Positions 49,338 through 57,596 of a DNA stretch of 64,000 nt are shown here, one piece after another. Numbering within the stretch: the first letter of the stretch is position 1; each line of letters begins with the position of its first letter. The stretch comes from an uncultured Thermoplasmata archaeon. GTDB lineage: Archaea; Thermoplasmatota; Thermoplasmata; RBG-16-68-12. The DNA is taken from NCBI GenBank assembly GCA_963768855.1, contig CAVYJM010000017.1, positions 32,001-96,000 on the forward strand, given 5' to 3'. A program made the translations under genes and the position numbers. The notes below the pieces were generated by a model. That model made no database searches and had not been told where the DNA came from. It saw nothing but the letters and a program-made list of their open reading frames with translations.

Positions 49338-49359
49338 CATACCTCTAAGTAGAGGTATG
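49338..49359. repeat. 22-bp palindromic motif, copy B (CATACCTCT-AAGT-AGAGGTATG)
   Basis: 9-10-bp perfect arms, 2 nt upstream of the 82-aa ORF start; same spacer orientation as copy A. Confidence 0.9.
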
Positions 49360-49460
49360 CTCGAGCCGGGCTTGAATCTGCCGCCCGGGTCCTCGAATCG
49401 GCCGCTCCGCGGCGGGTCGCGGAACAAGTCTTTTATGGCCCCCGCGCTCTCGGCCGCATC

Positions 49461-51770
49461 ATGGCGGAGCCGAAGCTCCGGGAGAAGACCTGGGACCCGA
49501 AGCTCGAGGAGTCTCTCGCGGCCACCTGGGCCCAGGAGCCCGAGCTCTACCGCTTCGCTCCCCAACCCGGACGGTCGGTCTACGTCATCGACACGCCGCC
49601 ACCGTATCCGAGCGGCTCGTGGCACATCGGCGCGGTCATGTCCTACTCGATGATCGACATGACCGCCCGGGCGCAGCGGATGCTCGGCCGGGCCGTCCTG
49701 TTCCCGTTCGGCCTGGACCGGAACGGAATCAACATCGAGCGGACGGTCGAGCGGAAGACGGGGAAACCCCTCCACCTCTGGGACCGGGAGGCGTTCATCC
49801 AGGAGTGCCGCAAGGAGATCGAGGTCATCGGGAACGGCCTGCTCGACCTTGCGCACCGCGTCGGCCTGTCCGCGGACTTCGATCACGTGTACTACACCGA
49901 CTCGGACGCCTACCGTGCGTTCAGCCAGGCGGTGTTCCTCGAGCTGTGGCCCAAGGGGCTCTTCTACCGGGGCGAACGGCCGACGTTCTGGTGCCCCCAC
50001 GACGAGACGCCGCTTGCCGAGGCGGACATCGAGTACGAGGACCGCCCTTCGAAGCTGGTGTGGATGACGTTCCCCCTCGAGGGTGGCGGCCGCCTCCCGA
50101 TCGCGACCACGCGGCCCGAGCTGCTCGGCGCGTGCCGCGCCGTCATCGTCCATCCGGACGACGAGCGCTTCACGGCGGCCCGGGGCAAGCGGGCCACGGT
50201 CCCGCTCGTCGGCCGCGACGTGCCGATCGTCGCCCATGCGATGGCGAAGCCGGAGTTCGGCAGCGGCGCGGCGATGATCTGCTCGTACGGCGACAACGTG
50301 GACCTCATGCTGTTCCGCGAGCTGCGGCTCGATCCGGTCAAGGCGATCGACGAGCGCGGCCGCATGACGGAGGCCGCGGGCGAGCTGAAGGGGATGAAGA
50401 TCGAGGCCGCCCGGGACAAGGCGATCGAGCTCCTGCGGGCCCACGGCGCCCTGGAGAAGGTCGAGCCCCTCCAGCACAAGACGCCCATCTGCTCACGGTG
50501 CCACACGCCGATCGAGTTCATCTCCTCGGACGCCTGGTATCTGAAGCAGCTCGAGTTCCGGGAGGAGCTCAAGAAGCTCGCGGACTCGATGGACTTCCGC
50601 CCGGCGCGGCACCGCCAGCTCCTCCTCGACTGGATCGACGCCCTCACGATCGACTGGCCCATCTCCCGCCGCCGCTACTACCACACGGAGATCCCGCTCT
50701 GGTACTGCAAGGGGTGCGGCGAGGTCCTTGCGCCGCCCCCGGGCGCGTACTACCGACCCTGGAAGGACCCGGCGCCGTTCGACGCCTGCCCGAAGTGCGG
50801 AGGCAGGGAGTTCGTCGGCGAGGACCGCGTCTTCGACACGTGGATGGACTCGAGCTGCTCGAACCTCTTCGTCTCGCGGTACCGCGGCGACAAGGCGTTC
50901 TTCGAGTCGAACTTTCCCGTCTCCCTGCGGCCCCAGGGCCGCGACATCGTCCGCACCTGGCTCTACTACACGACTCTGAAGTCCTACCTCGTCCGCCGCC
51001 AGAAGCCGTTCGAGACGGTCTTCATCCACGGGATGGGGCTCGACGCCCGCGGTCGCGCGATGCACCGGACCCTCGGGAACATCATCGAACCCTGGCCGAT
51101 CATCCGCAAGTACGGCGCCGACGCGGTCCGCTTCTTCGCCGCGAGCGAGACGAACCCGGGCGACGACTACCGCATCTCGGAGCAGAAGATCGGGGGCGCG
51201 GGGAAGTTCCTCACGAAGCTCTGGAACACCGCGCGGTTCGTGTCGTCCTTCCCGGAGCCGAAGGCCGGGAAGCTCGCGCCCGCGGACGAGTGGATCCTGG
51301 CGGAGCTCAACCGGCTCATCGAGGACGCCCGCGGCGCCTACGGGGAGTACAACCTCTTCATCGCCGCGAACCGCGCGCGGGACTTCCTCTGGAACCTCTT
51401 CGCGCCGCACTACGTCGAGATGGTCAAGGTGCGCGCCTACGAGGGCGACCCGGGCGCGCTCTGGACGCTCCACACGTGCCTGCGCGACCTGCTCCGCCTC
51501 CTCGCTCCGATCACGCCCTTCTCCACGGATCAGATCTGGCGCGAGGTCTACGGAGGCAGCGTGCACGCCGAGACGATGCCGTTGCCCCGCGACGGCATCC
51601 CGGCGTCCCGGCTCGACCTCACCGAGCCCCTCGTCGCGTTCAACTCGGACGTCTGGAAGACGAAGCGGGACAAGGGGCTGAGCCTGAACGTCGAGATGAC
51701 CGGGGTCCTGGTCCCGGCGGAGCTCAAACCCTTCGAGCCGGACCTCCGGCGGATGCACCGGCTCGCTTGA
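49461..51770 (+). CDS. valS: Valyl-tRNA synthetase
   Basis: PPYPSGSWHIG, ATTRPELL editing domain, DTWMDS, PQGRDIVRTW, YGADAVRF. Confidence 0.93.
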   Translation: MAEPKLREKTWDPKLEESLAATWAQEPELYRFAPQPGRSVYVIDTPPPYPSGSWHIGAVMSYSMIDMTARAQRMLGRAVLFPFGLDRNGINIERTVERKTGKPLHLWDREAFIQECRKEIEVIGNGLLDLAHRVGLSADFDHVYYTDSDAYRAFSQAVFLELWPKGLFYRGERPTFWCPHDETPLAEADIEYEDRPSKLVWMTFPLEGGGRLPIATTRPELLGACRAVIVHPDDERFTAARGKRATVPLVGRDVPIVAHAMAKPEFGSGAAMICSYGDNVDLMLFRELRLDPVKAIDERGRMTEAAGELKGMKIEAARDKAIELLRAHGALEKVEPLQHKTPICSRCHTPIEFISSDAWYLKQLEFREELKKLADSMDFRPARHRQLLLDWIDALTIDWPISRRRYYHTEIPLWYCKGCGEVLAPPPGAYYRPWKDPAPFDACPKCGGREFVGEDRVFDTWMDSSCSNLFVSRYRGDKAFFESNFPVSLRPQGRDIVRTWLYYTTLKSYLVRRQKPFETVFIHGMGLDARGRAMHRTLGNIIEPWPIIRKYGADAVRFFAASETNPGDDYRISEQKIGGAGKFLTKLWNTARFVSSFPEPKAGKLAPADEWILAELNRLIEDARGAYGEYNLFIAANRARDFLWNLFAPHYVEMVKVRAYEGDPGALWTLHTCLRDLLRLLAPITPFSTDQIWREVYGGSVHAETMPLPRDGIPASRLDLTEPLVAFNSDVWKTKRDKGLSLNVEMTGVLVPAELKPFEPDLRRMHRLA

Positions 51771-52761
51771 CCGGGAGCGGCGCGCCCCTCCGCCCGTACG
51801 TGGCGCGGAACCAGGCCATCGTCTCCCTCAGCCGCACGTCGAACGGCTGCGGCGACCATCCGAGCGCGCGTCGCGCCTTCGATGCGTCGACGACCACGTC
51901 CAGGGCGGCAAGATCAAGGGCTGCGCGCGTAATCATCGGCGTGCGGCCGTTGAAGCGGCTCCGGATCTCCGAGAGACGTACCGCCACACGGGCGAGGGAA
52001 AGAGGGACGCGGTGCGCCGGAGCGGGGACGCCCGCCGCCCGCGCGGCGGCGTCCAGGAACTCGTACAAGGTCATCACGCGGTCCGCGAGGAAGTAGAGCT
52101 CCCCCGGCCGCCCGACGGTCCCGGCCAGGATGTGCCCATCGGCCACGTCCGCCGCGTGGGTGAACGTGTTCGTCCCGAACCCGCTCGGGACCGTCCCGAG
52201 GCGCCCTTGGACCAGGAGGGCAAGGCTCTGCGCGAACTGGTTCGTGTCGCGGGGCCCGAACACGCCGCCGGGGGCGACGATCGTGACGGGCAGCCCGGCG
52301 GCCGCCTCCCGGACCACGAGCTCGTGCGCACGCAGCTTCGAGACGACGTATGGGTCATCCATCATCGCCCGAGGCCGCGTGCCTTCCGTGGCGGGGGACG
52401 CCCGCGATCCGGGGAACAGTCCCGCCGTGCTCGTGTAGACGATCCGCGGGACCTGCTCCTTGCGGGCCATCGCGAGCACGTTCGCCGTGCCGTTCAAGTT
52501 CACCTCGAAGACCCGATCCCGGTCCCGCACCCCGACCTCGAACCAGGCGGCGCAGTGGAACAGCACGTCGACGCCGGCGAGTTCTCCCGCAAAGTCCGGC
52601 CGGACGAGGTCCCCTCGGACGATCCGCACGCCGCGGGACTCCGGATCGCGGGCCCGTGCGGGATCCCGGGTGAGGAGCGACACGTCCCATCCCCGAGCGA
52701 GGAGGGCCTCGACGAGGTGGCTTCCGAGGAGCCCCGTCCCTCCCGTGACGAAGGCCCGCAC
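51724..52761 (-). CDS. NAD-dependent epimerase/dehydratase (extended SDR)
   Basis: VTGGTGLLG, YTST, YVVSK, VFGPRD. Confidence 0.9.
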   Translation of the reverse strand: MRAFVTGGTGLLGSHLVEALLARGWDVSLLTRDPARARDPESRGVRIVRGDLVRPDFAGELAGVDVLFHCAAWFEVGVRDRDRVFEVNLNGTANVLAMARKEQVPRIVYTSTAGLFPGSRASPATEGTRPRAMMDDPYVVSKLRAHELVVREAAAGLPVTIVAPGGVFGPRDTNQFAQSLALLVQGRLGTVPSGFGTNTFTHAADVADGHILAGTVGRPGELYFLADRVMTLYEFLDAAARAAGVPAPAHRVPLSLARVAVRLSEIRSRFNGRTPMITRAALDLAALDVVVDASKARRALGWSPQPFDVRLRETMAWFRATYGRRGAPLPVKRAGASAGGPARRV

Positions 52762-52771
52762 GTCCGCCGCC

Positions 52772-53272
52772 TCACAGACGGGGGACGTCGGTGCGGCCCG
52801 TGGCGAGGACCCGCGCCAGGTCCGCACGGGTGATGATGCCGACGACCCGCCCCTCGTCGACGACGGGGAGGCGGTTCACATCGTGCTCAATCATGGCGGC
52901 CGCCACGGCCTCGAGGCTGTCCGTGGGCTTCATCGCGACCGCGTGCTTCGTCATCACCTCGGAGACCTTCGAGCCGCGGAGCTGCCGGTACACCTGCTCG
53001 ACCGCGGCGTGCTCCCGCTCCCCCAGGAACGCGAGCAGGTCGAGCGAATGGACGCGGCTCGTGAGATACCGCTTGCCCAACGTGTCCTCGGCGATCCGCT
53101 TCAGGTGCCGCAGGATGTCCGACTCACTCAGGATGCCGATCAGGCGGCCGTGCTCGTCCACGACAGGCGCCCCGCTGATGCCGCGCTGCACGAGGCGCTC
53201 CGCGGCGGACTCGAGCGTCATGTCCGGCGAGAGGGTGACGACGTCCCGGGTCATCACATCCGCGGCCCACAC
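52772..53272 (-). CDS. CBS-domain pair protein
   Basis: ISGAPVVDE.GRLIGILSESD; VNRLPVVDEGRVVGIITRAD. Confidence 0.92.
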   Translation of the reverse strand: MWAADVMTRDVVTLSPDMTLESAAERLVQRGISGAPVVDEHGRLIGILSESDILRHLKRIAEDTLGKRYLTSRVHSLDLLAFLGEREHAAVEQVYRQLRGSKVSEVMTKHAVAMKPTDSLEAVAAAMIEHDVNRLPVVDEGRVVGIITRADLARVLATGRTDVPRL

Positions 53273-53321
53273 GAACCCTGCAAGGGCGGGAGTCTACTTG
53301 ATGTTGTCCCGTCCGCGACGC

Positions 53322-54428
53322 TCAGCCCTTTCGGAGGATGACCGTCAGGACGTCCGAATCGCGGAGGACATGGTCCAGGCCGACCTTCTGGCCGGGGAAC
53401 TGCGCGCTGGCCCCCCAGACGTTCGCGTATCGGAACCGCCGGCGCCACTCTCGATGAATCGAGTCGCAGACCATGCCGACATCGGAGTGCTCCTTGACGA
53501 TGAGCGGCTCGGCCATGTCCGCCTCCTTCCCCTGCGGTTTGAGGTACACCCGCATGAAGCGCAGGGTCTCGAAGATCTCGTCCTTGAGCTTCGTGAGCCC
53601 GACGCCCTTCTCCGCGGAGATCGGGACGAGCTTCCATCCCGCGAGCTTCGCCTGGAGCGCCTTGAGGTAGTCCTGGCCGACGAGGTCGATCTTGTTCACG
53701 GCAACAAGGGCCTTCGTGTACACGCGGTTCCCCGCGAGGACGTCGATGAGCTGGTCCTCCGTGATGTCCTGGCGCACGACGATGACGCCGTTCAGGTAGC
53801 CCCACTCGCGGCAGATGTCCTCGATCATCTCCTTGTCGAGCTTCGTGAGCTTCACGGTCGCGTTCACCGTGATCCCGCCGCGGTTCGCCTTCGCGAGGGT
53901 GATGTCCGCGGGGCGCTCGTTGAGCCGGATCCCCGCCAGGTAGAGCTCTTCCGTGAGCACCTGCACGTTCGTCTCGAACACGTCGATCATGAGGAGAATC
54001 AGGTCGCATGCCCGGGCCACGGAGAGGACCTCGCGACCCCGGCCCCGGCCTTTCGAGGCCCCGTGGATGAGGCCCGGCATGTCGAGGACCTGGATCTTCA
54101 CCCCGCGGTACTCGAGGACGCCCGGGATGATGTCGAGGGTCGTGAAGTCGTACGAGCCCACCTTGCTGTCCGCGTCCGTAATCTGGTTGAGGAGGGTCGA
54201 CTTCCCCACGCTCGGGAAGCCCACCAGGCCGATGGTCGCGTTCCCGCTCTTCTTGACCGCGTAGCTGACGCCGGCCCCGCCGGACTTGAGACGGCGGAGT
54301 TCCTGCTCCGACTTCAGGCGGGCGACCTTCGCCTTGAGTCGGCCGATGTGGTGCTGGGTCGCCTTGTTGTACGGCGTCTTCTGGATCTCGTCCTCGATGG
54401 ACTTGATCTGCTCCTCGATCGTCGCCAT
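53322..54428 (-). CDS. DRG/Rbg1 (Obg-family) GTPase with TGS domain
   Basis: NKATQHHIGRLKAK, GFPSVGKST, YDFTTL, DMPG, NKID, TGS C-terminus. Confidence 0.96.
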   Translation of the reverse strand: MATIEEQIKSIEDEIQKTPYNKATQHHIGRLKAKVARLKSEQELRRLKSGGAGVSYAVKKSGNATIGLVGFPSVGKSTLLNQITDADSKVGSYDFTTLDIIPGVLEYRGVKIQVLDMPGLIHGASKGRGRGREVLSVARACDLILLMIDVFETNVQVLTEELYLAGIRLNERPADITLAKANRGGITVNATVKLTKLDKEMIEDICREWGYLNGVIVVRQDITEDQLIDVLAGNRVYTKALVAVNKIDLVGQDYLKALQAKLAGWKLVPISAEKGVGLTKLKDEIFETLRFMRVYLKPQGKEADMAEPLIVKEHSDVGMVCDSIHREWRRRFRYANVWGASAQFPGQKVGLDHVLRDSDVLTVILRKG

Positions 54429-54482
54429 CCGTTCGGGCGGAGACAGCCCGCGGCCCGGGAAAAGGTTTCCTTCGGTTCGCGC

Positions 54483-55262
54483 TCACCACATGGTCCGGAC
54501 GCTCTCGGCCTCCACGCCCTTGACCGCGTAGAGCACGATCCGGCGGCTGCGGGCGTGGTAGGGGGCGAGGTCGAAGCCGCCGAGGACCCGGTGGATGTGG
54601 AGTCCCGCCGCGTCGAAGAGGTCCTTCAGTTCGGGGAGGGTGTACGCGCGGACGGACCCACGGTGCTCCCGCGTGCCGTCGCGGTCGATGACGATCTGCC
54701 TCGTGTCGTATCGCCCGCGGAGGACGTCGAAGGTGTCCTCCTGCAGGACGATGCTCCCGTCCTCCCCGAGCCGCCACCCCTGGAGCGGCAGCTCGTACGC
54801 GAGGGACTCACGGTTGAAGCGCTCCATGACGAGCTTGCCGCGGGGCTTCAGGGCCCGCGCGACGCCCGCCAGAACGACGCGGTCTTCCTCCACCGTCTCG
54901 AAGTACCCGAACGAGGAGAACATGTTGATGACCGCATCGAAGGCGCCCCGGTAAGCGAGGTCGCGCATGTCCCCTCGCACGAAGGTCACCTTGACGCGGG
55001 CTTGCTTCGCGGCGGCGCGCGCTTCCCGGAGCAAGTCCTCGGAGAGATCGTACCCGACGACCGCATAGCCGCGTCTCGCGAGCTCGACCGCATGACGGCC
55101 GGCGCCGCACGCGAGGTCGAGGATCCGGGCGCCCTTCCGGAGATGGAGGATCTTCTCGACCCCGTCGAGCTCGGCGGACGTCCGGTCCGCGGCCGGTGCG
55201 TACTGCTTCAGGTAGTCGGGTCCGAAGAAGGACTCCCACCACGCTCGTACCGGTTTCGCCAA
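54483..55262 (-). CDS. Class I SAM-dependent methyltransferase (start uncertain)
   Basis: ILDLACGAGRH, GDMRDL, FDAVINMFSSFGYF. Confidence 0.9.
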   Translation of the reverse strand: MAKPVRAWWESFFGPDYLKQYAPAADRTSAELDGVEKILHLRKGARILDLACGAGRHAVELARRGYAVVGYDLSEDLLREARAAAKQARVKVTFVRGDMRDLAYRGAFDAVINMFSSFGYFETVEEDRVVLAGVARALKPRGKLVMERFNRESLAYELPLQGWRLGEDGSIVLQEDTFDVLRGRYDTRQIVIDRDGTREHRGSVRAYTLPELKDLFDAAGLHIHRVLGGFDLAPYHARSRRIVLYAVKGVEAESVRTMW

Positions 55263-55317
55263 CGAACTCCCCCGCGCGGGCGGACGATGGGCGGGGGAGG
55301 CCAAGTACCTTCCGCGC

Positions 55318-56271
55318 TCAGGCCTGCGTGATCCGGGTGCCCGCCTTCTTGTCCGCAGCGTCGGCGAGGTGCTCCAAGTCCGTGATGGCCGCATACTCAC
55401 CGCCGGACTCGATGAACTCGATGGCCGCCTGGATCTTCGGGCCCATCGAACCTGGAGGGAACTGCCCCTCTGCGAGATGCTTCTTCGCCTCCGCCACGGT
55501 CATGTGCTCGAGGAAGCGTTGGGTCGGCTTCCCGTACCCGAGGGCCACCTTCTCCACGTCCGTCGCGATGATGAGGGCCTTCCATCCGAGGACGCGGCCG
55601 AGGACCGCGGCGGCGAGGTCCTTGTCGATGACGGCCTCGACGCCGACCAGGCGGCCCGCCCTCCGGACGACCGGGATGCCCCCGCCGCCCGCGCAGATCA
55701 CGACGTTGCCGTCCCCGTCGCCGATCAGCTTGAGGACCGTGTCCTTCTCAATGATGTCGAGGGGCTGTGGGGAGGGCACGACCCGCCGCCAGCCGCCGCG
55801 CGCCTGGTCCTCCACGAGCTTCCAGCCCTTCGCGCGCTTCACGATCAGGTCCGACTCCCGCGTGTACAGCGGGCCGATGGGCTTCGTGGGGTGCGTGAAA
55901 GCGGGATCGGCCCCGTCCACGAGGGTCTGGGTGACAATCGCCACGACGCCCCGCTCAATCCGGCGGACCGCGAACTCGTTGCGGAGCGCCTGGGCGAGGA
56001 GGTAGCCGACCTGGGCCTGGCTCTCCGCGCCGCACACGTCGAGCGGCATCGCCGGGACGGCGTTCCGGGCTTCCTCGTTCTGGAGCAGGATGTTGCCGAC
56101 CTGCGGACCGTTGCCGTGCGTCACGACGAGGTCGTGGCCCGCCTGCACGAGGTCCGCGAGCTTCGCGGCGGTCCCCTCGATCCGGTGGCGCTGCGCGTCC
56201 GCGCTCCCGCCGTCGCCGGGAGGCTGGATCGCGTTGCCGCCAATGGCCACGACCAACTTCTTTGCGGGCAT
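55318..56271 (-). CDS. arcC: Carbamate kinase
   Basis: VVAIGGNAI, THGNGPQVG, GGGGIPV, EAVIDKD, GSMGPKI. Confidence 0.95.
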   Translation of the reverse strand: MPAKKLVVAIGGNAIQPPGDGGSADAQRHRIEGTAAKLADLVQAGHDLVVTHGNGPQVGNILLQNEEARNAVPAMPLDVCGAESQAQVGYLLAQALRNEFAVRRIERGVVAIVTQTLVDGADPAFTHPTKPIGPLYTRESDLIVKRAKGWKLVEDQARGGWRRVVPSPQPLDIIEKDTVLKLIGDGDGNVVICAGGGGIPVVRRAGRLVGVEAVIDKDLAAAVLGRVLGWKALIIATDVEKVALGYGKPTQRFLEHMTVAEAKKHLAEGQFPPGSMGPKIQAAIEFIESGGEYAAITDLEHLADAADKKAGTRITQA

Positions 56272-56395
56272 GAGAGAAGTCCGCGCTATTCGGACGAGCC
56301 TATAAGAAACTTAGGACGTGGCTCGGCCTGCGGAGAACGGAGCGGCCAGGGGTGCGCATAACTATTTATGAAGAAGCCCGCTTCGCTCGAATTCA

Positions 56396-57442
56396 GTGGA
56401 CCTCTCCGCCCCGGCCATCCTGAAGATGGTGCAGGCCTTCCGCAAGACGAAGTGGTTCAACATCCTCCTGCTCGTCGTCCTCGGACTCATATCGACGGGC
56501 CTCTGGTACCTGACCGCAGCGGGACCCGTCGGGGAGTGTCTCGGGATCCTCCTGATCCCCGTCAGCGTCTTCGTCATCCCCTACTGGCTCGGCGAACGTC
56601 GGATGAAGACATTCGCCCTGAACATCATCCCGGTCTTCATCATCGCCGCCATCCTGATCGCGGCGCTTCAGACCCAGTCGATCCTCTCCGCAGGCAATCC
56701 GATCCTGTCGAGCGGGGTGCCTCCCGAGACCGCGAACGCGGACCTCCCGCCCCTCAGCTTCTGGAACGGGACGGTCACGCCGTACGGCTCCGCCTCCCCG
56801 AACCAGACGTACGAGTACCATGTGCGCCTGAAAACGGTCGGGAACGTGAATCGGTCGACCGTGTACGTGTCGTTAAACATCACCCAGGTCGAGGGCCTCT
56901 CCGAGGTCTTCACCGCCTATCCGATGCAGAAGGACACGAGTCCGCTCTACAACGACACGACGAACGGGACGTGGTATATCGCGTGGAGGAACCAGCCTCC
57001 CGCCATCTACGGATTCTACTTCTACGCGAACGACACGGGGAATGGCGGGGACATTGTGAACTACACCCTTTCCTCCGGTGTCTTCGGCCCCATCATCCAG
57101 TCCTGGCCCGACTGGTACGGGTTCGTGATCCTCTTCACCGCCGTGAACCTGATCGTCCCCATCTCGTTCTACTTCGTGATCCTGTTCATGTACTGGTACA
57201 CGATCCGCAACCGACGGATGCGTGAGCGGCTGATCGAATCCCGGCGCGGGGAGAAGCTCGAGCTCGAGAAGGGTGCCGGCGGGGGCGAGAAGACGGACGC
57301 TGCGAAGGATCGTGCCGCGGCGCCCGCGCCGTCGCGGGAGAAGAGCCGGAGAGCCGCTGCCTTCACCTGTACGAACTGCGGAGCCGATGTGACCGAGGCG
57401 GATGAGAAGTGCCCGAAGTGCGGCGCGGTCTTCGAGGGCTGA
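56396..57442 (+). CDS. Hypothetical membrane protein with extracellular Ig-like domain and C-terminal zinc ribbon
   Basis: 3 N-terminal TMs, beta-rich N-glycosylation-site-rich domain, TM, CTNCG..CPKCG. Confidence 0.8.
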   Translation: MDLSAPAILKMVQAFRKTKWFNILLLVVLGLISTGLWYLTAAGPVGECLGILLIPVSVFVIPYWLGERRMKTFALNIIPVFIIAAILIAALQTQSILSAGNPILSSGVPPETANADLPPLSFWNGTVTPYGSASPNQTYEYHVRLKTVGNVNRSTVYVSLNITQVEGLSEVFTAYPMQKDTSPLYNDTTNGTWYIAWRNQPPAIYGFYFYANDTGNGGDIVNYTLSSGVFGPIIQSWPDWYGFVILFTAVNLIVPISFYFVILFMYWYTIRNRRMRERLIESRRGEKLELEKGAGGGEKTDAAKDRAAAPAPSREKSRRAAAFTCTNCGADVTEADEKCPKCGAVFEG

Positions 57443-57596
57443 TCCGCCCGGGATTCCCACTTTCATCCATCCCTCCTCGTCGCCTTGAAGGCGGTCCGCG
57501 TCGTCTCGCCCCCTAAACCTTATGTACGGTGGCCCAGTATGCCGAGTCTAGGGATGGGAACGCCCAGCGGCACTCCATGCCATCTGCCGTGATTCT

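Noticed and set aside
49335-49362. Palindrome as a canonical Xer dif site
   Set aside because: It lacks the ATAA/TTAT inner arms typical of known dif sites; retained only as an unknown site family.
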